Source: Octopus bimaculoides (Eukaryota). Taken from it: DNA of 32,361 bases. Both the position numbers and the translations under genes were made by a program. Shown here piece by piece: positions 22,750-31,460 of the stretch. The DNA lies in contig NC_068984.1 of the NCBI RefSeq assembly GCF_001194135.2, forward strand, positions 99,228,660 through 99,261,020, given 5' to 3'. The notes below the pieces were generated by a model. That model was not told where the DNA came from. It ran no database searches and saw only the letters and a list, made by a program, of their open reading frames with translations. Numbering within the stretch: position 1 is the stretch's first letter; every line of letters begins with the position of its first letter.

Positions 22750-22985
22750 GTTTCTGTGCAAGTTTGGAATATTCACTTCCTATGTGGGTCACTGTTTCTT
22801 CTCATTCATCTTGCAAACTACACAAAGGTGATACGTTGACTCCTGTTCCACATTGTGCACTATTTGTTCAGAGGGTTTGCCTTATTTTTTTTAGAATTCC
22901 TTTCTTCAACCAATTCCAAGTGTCTTTGTCACTTTTTTCCTCAATATTCTTGATAAACTGATGGTATAAACATTTCTCCATATAA
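22750..22985 (-). mobile_element. R4/Dong-type LINE fragment (pre-knuckle and knuckle region)
   Basis: HQFIKNIEEKSDKDTWNWLKKGILKK...SPLCSLQDE*EETVTHIGSEYSKLAQK, abutting (TAA)n. Confidence 0.7.
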
Positions 22986-23024
22986 CTTTGCTTTCTCTTG
23001 TCATTTATTTATTTATTATTTATC

Positions 23025-23275
23025 ATCATCATCATCATCATTATACATTTATTCACTTAACTTCTGATTTATCTATGTTACGTCTAATCACCATCCCACA
23101 GCTTTGAGACACAACACATTTTCAACTCATGAGTTATTCCAAGTATTGCTGCCAACTGAATACTTCCTATGGAGTTTGGCATTTGCAGCTTTTGACGCCT
23201 GAATATTGCTCTCTTTGAGATGGTCCCAAATGCACCAACCACAATAGGTACCACATTCACTTTTGAGGCTCAATG
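23025..23275 (-). mobile_element. R4/Dong-type LINE extreme 3' end
   Basis: KVNVVPIVVGAFGTISK...IQLAAILGITHEL, then a short UTR and a simple-repeat tail. Confidence 0.7.
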
Positions 23276-23384
23276 GATTCATTTATTATTATTATCATAA
23301 GAACAGAAATCATCATCATCATCATTATCACGATCATCATCATTATCATCATCAGCGTCTTCATCATAATCATTATTAATTGAC

Positions 23385-23555
23385 TGCAGTATTAGTTCTG
23401 GCTCTTTACATTCTGATTTCAAATCTCACTACGGTTAACTTCAGTTTTCCTCCTTCTGGGGGTCAATAAAATAAAGTATCTGTTTTGTACTGGGATCAAT
23501 TTAATCAACTAACTCCCACTCCTAAGCTTGCAGACTTGTGGTTATTTTAGAAATC
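23385..23555 (+). mobile_element. SINE family B, degenerate
   Basis: Diverged core GGGGTCAATAAAATAAAGTATC...TACTGGGATCAATTTAATCAACT. Confidence 0.6.
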
Positions 23556-23724
23556 CTCCTCTTCCAGAAAACTCTAATCTTTATCACTTTTCATTTTGAA
23601 CTTGACAAAGATAGACTTGCTGTCGAAATATTGTTCAACCAATGAAACATCTATTGAAATCATATCATGCTCTTTGTCTTGTCTGTTCACCTTCGTTAAG
23701 AGTTACATCAATCCTTTTAAAATA

Positions 23725-23845
23725 TCATTATTATTATTATTATCATTATTATTATTACTATTATTATTATTACTATTATTATTATTATTATTATTGGTGG
23801 TGGTGGTGGTGGTGGTGGTGGTGGTGGTGGTAGTAGTAGTAGTAG
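23725..23845. repeat. Compound (TTA)n(TGG)n(TAG)n microsatellite
   Basis: Directly visible. Confidence 0.95.
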
Positions 23846-24797
23846 CTGTTCTTGTCTACATGTGTTCAGGCATGTGTACCACCATGTTTGTTCTTGTTTT
23901 ACTCCAGATTTGAACCATCAAACGTATCATTGGAGATATTCTAACAATGTTTCATGACAACACAGAGGCTTCCTCACTAGTTTGAATATATTTGTACTTG
24001 TGAGCTGTAAAAATGCAACGCAAGCACACACACACTTACACACACACACACACATACACACACACGCATGTGTGGACATATATACATACATGCATCTAGT
24101 TTATGTTATGTGTATCAATGTATAATATGTTGAATTATGATTATTTGTATGTTTCAATTCTAATGTTTGGAATGTGTGTGATTTGCACACCAGGTTTAAA
24201 CATTTGGCTTGTATATTCCCAGTGTTTGTATTTATCTAATGGAATTAGTGATTGCCAACATCATGATGGTATCTGTTGTGCAGCTAATAAGGAAAATGAC
24301 CTGATCACATTAAATCTGATTTTATTCTGTAGTTATGTCTCTGCTTGTTTTTAATGTTTTGCTCGTATGTTTTCATCTTTGTATTTTGCTTTGCTTTCAT
24401 GTGCTATAGGAGGATTATATGAGTTTGTAGATTATTTCTGATCTTAGGTGAAGTTAGTTATCAAAATATAATGAATCCTCTTTATTCTGCTTGATTCTTG
24501 CATTCATTTATTTCTATTGCATAAATGTGTTCCTGTGAACTTACCCAATTTGGTATGTATATATTTAGGAGACTCCTGAGTCAATTAGCACATTATTTTT
24601 TTCTAAAATTCTCAGGAATTCTGTTCAACATTTGTTATAGAAGAAATCTTATACCATTTATGCCTAATCTTATACACACACACACACACACACACACTCA
24701 TGCCCCACACTTGCACACACCTACACACTCTCTGTAGAATTTAACTCGCATTCACAAGGCAACATCATTACAACTGATGCAGTAATAAAATGAACTC

Positions 24798-24988
24798 CAT
24801 GCCTTCTGCAAGCACCCACTACACTCTCGGAGTGGTTGGCATTAGGAAGGGCATCCAAGTGTAGAAACATTGTCAGATCAGATTGGAGCCATGTGCAGCC
24901 ACTGGCTCTCCAGACCTCAGTCAACCGTCCAGCCCATGCCAGCATGGAAAACGGACATTAAACGATGATGATGATGATGATGATGATG
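24798..24988 (+). mobile_element. RTE-type LINE 3' end
   Basis: GCACCCACTACACTC...GGAAGGGCATCC...CCCATGCCAGCATGGAAAACGGACATTAAAC(GAT)n. Confidence 0.85.
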
Positions 24989-25059
24989 TAGAATAAAGAA
25001 GGTCTTCTAATCTTAACCTGTCAAAGGATTAACAAACTCACTACTCCCAGTGCCACAAT

Positions 25060-25300
25060 AAAATGTCCCCAACGTACTTTGTGAGGTAGATGGTTTTAGG
25101 GAAAGCATCCACCAGAAACTGTTCTAAAAAAATAGAACATGCAAACGAAATGTGGTTTTGTAGCCTGGCTGTGGGAACATTAACTTCGAATAAGAATTGA
25201 GTTTGACCTGATACCAATCCAATCCAGGTCAGTGTAGAAACTGACAATAAAAACATTATAATGATGATGATAATGATGATGATGATGACCATGGTAACCA
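25060..25300 (+). mobile_element. Old degenerate RTE-type 3' end
   Basis: Diverged match (TTTAGGGAAAGCATCCACCAGAAAC) ending in (GAT)n. Confidence 0.4.
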
Positions 25301-25399
25301 CGTTGGTGATGATGATGAACAATGATGACAACAATGGTGATGATGATGTTGCAGCTGCTTATGAATATGTTTTTTGCATGTGAGTGTGTGTTGTGTATA

Positions 25400-25525
25400 C
25401 AACTGGCTTCTGCACAATTTCTATCAACCAAATCCTAACAACAAAGTACAATACCATATACTAGGATTGATATCAGGACTACATGGATGCAAAGCAAACT
25501 TCTTAACCCCACAGCTATGTCAACA
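25400..25525 (-). mobile_element. SINE family A, degenerate
   Basis: TTTCTATCAACCAAATCC and AACTTCTTAACCCCACAGCTATG resemble the family A body and head. Confidence 0.5.
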
Positions 25526-25779
25526 CCAGCTATGTGTTTGATGAAAAATATCAACAGATAAAAAAGAAGTCATACATACACAAATGTGCATGCACACACT
25601 TTCGTATATATAGAATGTATGCACACACGCACACAGCTACATTGAGAGATATACCCAGGAAAGTATGTATATATATATATACGTGTAAACAAAAAAGGGG
25701 GATGGAAATGGAAAAAGGAGACATACTGTTATTCATATACATCATAGATGTGAATAGAATTATAATAGAAGTCATAGTA

Positions 25780-25810
<31 letters not shown>

Positions 25811-25940
25811 AATTAATCAAAGGACATACTAAGTATGTCTACCTGCTGAAAATAATAGTCAAAACTCTTATTTAAATCACCAAATTACACTGATCATAAC
25901 TACAGAAATCAAGCGTCTGAATTATTTGCTCCATATTGAA

Positions 25941-25995
<55 letters not shown>

Positions 25996-26028
25996 ACATA
26001 GAGAGAGTGAGAGAGATACACATACAAA

Positions 26029-26073
<45 letters not shown>

Positions 26074-26460
26074 ATTAATATATATGTGTATATATGTGCG
26101 TGTATGTGTGTGCACATGTGCATGTGTGTGTATGACCGTGTATATGTGTGCGCACATGTATGTGTATATCTGTGTGTGTGTGTGTGTGTATATCTGTGTG
26201 TGTGTGCACATGTATTTGCCTAACACCATTTGCTATAACTTTGAGTTTGATCTTGATATGATTGGTAAGATGGATGACTGCTTGGTGTTCTATAATGAAA
26301 AATTTCTTTTCTCCTTTTCATAAAGAAAATTCTCCATTACAGATTAGTGATGATATCAAAATGAAACTTGAAGTTACAACAAATGGCATCAAGGGAATAA
26401 ATATCATTATACTCTATAAGATGTATTGAGTGCTTCTCTCTTCTTCATTATGCACAATGT

Positions 26461-26861
26461 GTAAGGCTTAAAAACTGAATAAGGTTGTTCATCATTTTTT
26501 TCAGTCTGTGGAGAAATGGCTAAAAAAAAATTGCTCTGTTTATAATTATACCATGTGTTATATATATATTATATCACACTGTGTAGACTAAGATCTCTGC
26601 TGACAGGCTGCTAGTATTTATAGAGTATTAAACACTTTTGGTATGCAAATTAGTGACTCCTTCATAGAGTAACTGCTGTATTTGTTGAGTATATAAACAG
26701 TGTGGCTGATTGTTTTCCTAGGGACTGCCAGAATAATGTAGATGCCTCTGTTGAGAACCCAGTAAAGTTTGAAAATCAATTAAGGTTGTTCATCATTTTT
26801 TTTTTCAGTCTGTGGAGAAATGGCTAAAAAAAAAATGACCTTGTTTATAATGATACCATGT

Positions 26862-26875
<14 letters not shown>
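26461..26875. repeat. Two copies (about 26461-26570 and 26762-26875) of an unclassified ~110-bp repeat; third copy at about 32063-32155
   Basis: TAAGGTTGTTCATC(A)TTTTTTTCA(G/A)TCT...GGAGAAATGGCTAAA...TTTATAA occurs three times, each followed by (TA)n. Confidence 0.8.
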
Positions 26876-26892
<17 letters not shown>

Positions 26893-26909
26893 ATACATGC
26901 ACACTCTAA

Positions 26910-27379
26910 GTTATAGAGTAGTATGTATTAAAGTTAGATAAGGCCAGTTTAAGGGGCCCTACATTAATGGGACCAATTAATGTAAACTATGCATAGCAGA
27001 ACGGGTATGGATCCTAAAGAACTCACTTGATCCAGAAACATCCTGAACTCCAGAATAGAGGTCTTTGAATCGTGATTACATTTCAGAAAATTCCTACTAG
27101 CCCGTTAGAACCCACAGGATAACAGGGTCATTGGCGATCAATAGCCAAAGGGATACAATCCCCTTTGTTGACATCGGCGACCGATAGCTAAGGAGAGACA
27201 GTCTCTTTTGTTGACATTGAATAACGGGGGTTCTTTTTTCCTCTATATTCTAGAGAGGCCACTTGCTAAAGAGGCCTTTAGCCAACAGGTTTTGGGATCT
27301 GATGACATGCCATAAAGCTAAGCCCTTTATGGACGTGAAACCTAAGGTAATCCCATAAACCAGCCTTATCTAACTTTAA
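26910..27379 (+). mobile_element. 5'-truncated PLE 3' end: GIY-YIG endonuclease C-terminus plus structured 3' UTR/pLTR
   Basis: KGPYINGTN*CKLCIAERVWILKNSLDPE(fs)ILNSRIEVFES*LHFRKFLLAR* (stop at 27106-27108) matches the CxxCxxE..I...LNxRxE....CxH..KF.L ending I recall for a PLE endonuclease subgroup. A downstream hammerhead is present, and the element is flanked by (TA)n and (TA)n(GATA)n. Confidence 0.75.
27288..27361 (+). ncRNA. Type I hammerhead ribozyme with complete catalytic core
   Basis: Stem I GGTTTTGGGAT/ATCCCA(T)AAACC; CTGATGA at 27299-27305; stem II ATG+CCATAAAG/CTTTATGG+(A)CGT; GAAA at 27337-27340; stem III ACC-TAA-GGT; triplet GTA, with predicted cleavage after 27349. Confidence 0.88.
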
Positions 27380-27394
27380 TATATATATATATAT

Positions 27395-27431
<37 letters not shown>

Positions 27432-27851
27432 CAACAAAACAACACAATGCGATTTAGGATGGTGGATGAGAACAAACAGTCGAACAAAATATCGCCTTGG
27501 GACCAAAAAGATGAGAATAGTGGGTAACACTTAGAAAATGTTTTGCAGAATGGAGAGACAGAATTTGTGATTGGTCAGCTCAGGAATCAGTCTAAGAAAG
27601 GAAAAACAAAAAGAGGAACTGACCACTGGTCACATGACAGCGGCAGGCATAGGGGAAATACAGCAGGTAGAGGGAGTGACAGAGAGAAAAAAGGGGAAAG
27701 AATGAAGGCAAGAGAGAGGGAGAGAAAGGGTCACATGGGTATGTAAAAAAACTTGTTTGTTAATACAAACTTGGTGGGTGTTGTGTTCCATTACTTGATA
27801 AATGAAACAATGTATAAACAGATGTCATAATGTATATTGAAAATATATGTG

Positions 27852-27890
<39 letters not shown>

Positions 27891-27950
27891 GCATATGCAT
27901 ATATATACATATACATTTATATATATGCATACACACACACACACACATCT

Positions 27951-28156
27951 CTGGCCCCTGTGTCAGTGGCACATAAAAAGCACCCACTACACTCATGGAG
28001 TGGTTGGCATTAGGAAGGGCATCCAGCTGTAGAAACACTGTCAGATCAGACTGGAGCCTGGTGCTGCTCCTGGCTTCCCAGACCCCAGTCAAACCACCCA
28101 ACCCATGCTAGCATGGAAAACGGACGTTCAACGATGATGATGATGATGATGATGAT
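27951..28156 (+). mobile_element. RTE-type LINE 3' end
   Basis: Well-preserved GGAAGGGCATCCAGCTGTAGAAAC...CCCATGCTAGCATGGAAAACGGACGTTCAAC(GAT)n. Confidence 0.87.
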
Positions 28157-28277
28157 ACATATATATATATATTTATGTATGCATTTATATATCAACACAC
28201 ATATATATATATCTATAAGCAACATTAAATCTCTGAGCAAGAGGTAAACCGTAACAGCACGGAATCGTGAAATATAT

Positions 28278-28322
28278 CACACACTGATGACGGGTTACTA
28301 CCCAGAAACCTGGGTCTGTGTG
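28278..28322 (+). ncRNA. Minimal type I hammerhead ribozyme motif
   Basis: CACACA-CTGATGA-C GGGT tact ACCC A-GAAA-C ctgg G-TC-TGTGTG. Stem I is 6 bp, stem II is 4 bp with a closing C.A mismatch, the triplet is GTC, and the predicted cut is after 28316. Confidence 0.8.
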
Positions 28323-28552
28323 TATCACGTAAGACTAGAGATGGGAATGATGATTTCTCTTTGCAAATACTAATCAGACACGGACAATGTGTCGTTAGCC
28401 AGCTGGAGGAGATGTCCTCCTGGGGCTAAAAAAAACTGTAGCAACGTCCTCTATGGATCACCACATTTAGTTGGTAAATATATATATACTTATATATAGG
28501 TGTGTGTATGTGTATGTATATGTGTATGTGTGTATATGTGCTTAAGTACATA

Positions 28553-28612
<60 letters not shown>

Positions 28613-28896
28613 CACACACACACACACATATATCCCTGTGTGTGTGTGAGTGTGCATGCATGCGTGCATGCGCTATTCATCCTATTCGTCTCTTCCTCTA
28701 TCCTGATGAGAACTTCATCTGCGAAACATGATTGATGTCTACAACAATTTAATAGCTATTTATTTTAATACCAACAAATGTAATTTGTTCAGTTTCCTAG
28801 TATAATTAAATATTTATCTATAATCAACACATACAAACACATGCAATTCCCCACGCATGTACACTCACACATGTATATATACATGGTGCATAATAT

Positions 28897-29095
28897 CATC
28901 ATCGTCATCAACCTTTAGCATTCATTTTCCACGCTGGCATGGGTTAGACAGTTTCACTGCAACTGGTAAGATGAAGAGATGCATCAGTCTGTTTTAGCTT
29001 GGTTTCTATGACTAGATGTTCTTCTTAATGCTAACCATTCCATAGAGTATAGTGGGTACCTTTTACATGTCACTGTCATAGATACCTTTTAACAT
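28897..29095 (-). mobile_element. Degenerate RTE-type 3' end
   Basis: TTTTCCACGCTGGCATGGG and CTAGATGTTCTTCTTAATGCTAACCA resemble the RTE 3' UTR. Confidence 0.65.
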
Positions 29096-29122
29096 GTGTG
29101 CTTGTGTGTGTGTGTGTGTGTA

Positions 29123-29333
29123 TTATTGTGTCTGGGGAGAGTAATTCTCTTTTTGTGCCTTATTGATTTAACAATCTCACCAGTCTGATTTCAACTCATT
29201 TACTTATTATATTTTACAAAAATTTTCGTTGTGACTTGCAACCTTTTCAATAGGCATTGAGTGGAAATTAGACTGGTGAGTGTGTTAAATTAATAAGGCC
29301 CTAAAAGAGGATGACTCTCTCCAGACACAATAA
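29123..29333. mobile_element. MITE with long (~75 bp) imperfect terminal inverted repeats
   Basis: TTATTGTGTCTGG(G/A)GAGAGT...CTCACCAGTCT(G/A)ATTTC(A/C)ACTCA is present at both ends in inverted orientation. Confidence 0.85.
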
Positions 29334-29419
29334 AATATGCTTCAACACATGAATTCACATAAAGAATCCTGCAAACCACATACAAGAACGATGTATATAT
29401 ATATATATATATATATATA

Positions 29420-30017
29420 NNNNNNNNNNNNNNNNNNNNNNNNNNNNNNNNNNNNNNNNNNNNNNNNNNNNNNNNNNNNNNNNNNNNNNNNNNNNNNNNN
29501 NNNNNNNNNNNNNNNNNNNNNNNNNNNNNNNNNNNNNNNNNNNNNNNNNNNNNNNNNNNNNNNNNNNNNNNNNNNNNNNNNNNNNNNNNNNNNNNNNNNN
29601 NNNNNNNNNNNNNNNNNNNNNNNNNNNNNNNNNNNNNNNNNNNNNNNNNNNNNNNNNNNNNNNNNNNNNNNNNNNNNNNNNNNNNNNNNNNNNNNNNNNN
29701 NNNNNNNNNNNNNNNNNNNNNNNNNNNNNNNNNNNNNNNNNNNNNNNNNNNNNNNNNNNNNNNNNNNNNNNNNNNNNNNNNNNNNNNNNNNNNNNNNNNN
29801 NNNNNNNNNNNNNNNNNNNNNNNNNNNNNNNNNNNNNNNNNNNNNNNNNNNNNNNNNNNNNNNNNNNNNNNNNNNNNNNNNNNNNNNNNNNNNNNNNNNN
29901 NNNNNNNNNNNNNNNNNNNNNNNNNNNNNNNNNNNNNNNNNNNNNNNNNNNNNNNNNNNNNNNNNNNNNNNNNNNNNNNNNNNNNNNNNNNNNNNNNNNN
30001 NNNNNNNNNNNNNNNNN
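29420..30017. other. Assembly gap (N run)
   Basis: Run of N between (TA)n-rich tracts. Confidence 1.
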
Positions 30018-30130
<113 letters not shown>

Positions 30131-30139
30131 GTTCATCAC

Positions 30140-31010
30140 CATCCTCATCATTTAGTATCTATTTTCCATGCTGGCATGGGTAAAATGGTTTGACTGGAAC
30201 TGGTAAGCCAGAGAGCTGTATCAGACTCCAGTCTGTTTTGGCTTGGTGTCTATGGTTGGATGCCCTTCCTAACATCAACTACTCCACAGAGTGTACTGGG
30301 TGTTTTTTATGTGTCACCAGCACAGGTGCCTTTTATATATCACTGACACAGATACCTTGTACATGTCACTGGCTTGGATGCCTTCTATGTGTCACTAGCA
30401 CTGGTGTCTTTTGTGTGTCACTGGCACAGTTGTATTTTGCTTGTCATTAACATGGGTGCTTTCACATATTACTGGCACTGGTCATGAATATGATTTCACT
30501 AAGCTTGATGTGTCTTCTCAAGCTCAACAAATCACCAAAAGTTTCATTTCCTTGTCATCTCCTCAGTGAGACTTAACATCCAAAGATCGTATTTCACCAC
30601 TTCCTCCCACATTTTCTGGGTCTACCTCTTCCACATGTTCCCTCCACAGTTAGAGATTGGCACTTTTTTACACAGCTGTCCTTACCCATATGCATCACAT
30701 GACCATACCTGTGTGCTGTCTTCTCTCATGATTGCTTTCCCAGGATATTTTATGCCTATGTTTTTTTGCCTGTGAGGAACCTGGTTGATTCACCTCTCCA
30801 TCTTACTTTTTGAATATAGCATACATCAACGCACCTCCATTCAAGTATCTCAAAAATCTCACCAGACATACCTTTCAATGTACCTCCATTTACAGTGCCA
30901 ACTCTAAGTGTATGAAGGGAGTTCAGTGAGATGTGGGGTGACATTCAGCATCTGAAAAAGTTTCAAGCAACATTTGCCGACAGACATGTCTTAACAGTTC
31001 TCCTGACAGT
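30140..31010 (-). mobile_element. Internally deleted RTE-clade LINE (endonuclease N-terminus fused to ORF C-terminus and 3' UTR)
   Basis: LRVGTVNGGTLKGMSGEIFEILEWRCVDVCYIQKVRWRG (start of the AP endonuclease) joins near 30730 to YGHVMHMGKDSCVKKCQSLTVEGTCGRGRPRK(fs)WEEVVKYDL (RTE C-terminus), followed by the 3' UTR and simple-repeat tail. Confidence 0.85.
30298..30478. repeat. 26-bp minisatellite, 7 diverged units, inside the RTE 3' UTR
   Basis: Units start at 30298, 30324, 30350, 30376, 30402, 30428 and 30454; approximate consensus GGTGCTTTTATGTGTCACTGGCAC. Confidence 0.85.
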
Positions 31011-31371
31011 TAATCAATCATCATTCATTCATGTTGCACTAGCTGCATCTACCTAAAGTAAGTGCTATACAAGCATGGTTAATACAATGATGGGTAAATA
31101 AAGTAAAAATAGTTGAGTGCTATACAAGCATTGTTAATACAAAGGTAAATAAATAAATAAAAATGGTTAATTAATTAATGGGCACTCTACAATCACATTT
31201 TGGTACAAAGAACACAAACTGCAGCTTGTATATTGCAGTAATGTGGATGAGAGACTACTAAGAAAGGAAGAAGAATTGCTGAGAGAGGTTCCAGTACAGA
31301 TAAAAGGTATCCAGTATAGGTGGTGGAAGCAGGACTGGGTGGGTGCATCACACATAAAGAAACGTCTATAC

Positions 31372-31460
31372 AAGGGCCCGGGAACAGGGGGTGCAGCAGG
31401 TGCACCTGCACCCCCTAGAATTTTCAGGGGGTGCAAGATCAAAATTTGCACCCCCTACAT
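31372..31460. mobile_element. Probable DNA-transposon terminal fragment (hAT-like) with twin GC-rich inverted repeats
   Basis: Two 11-bp perfect inverted repeats with 9-nt spacers at 31386-31416 and 31426-31456, next to a CAAGGGCCCG start. The class assignment is from recalled similarity only. Confidence 0.45.

Noticed and set aside
27129-27219. CRISPR-like interpretation of the 43-nt units (and of the 26-bp units at 30298-30478)
   Set aside because: The repeats are contiguous with no unique spacers, the context is eukaryotic and there are no cas genes.
27302-27333. ATGA...AAA...GA pattern as a SECIS element
   Set aside because: Spacing is too short, and the AAA is base-paired in hammerhead stem II, which explains the region better.
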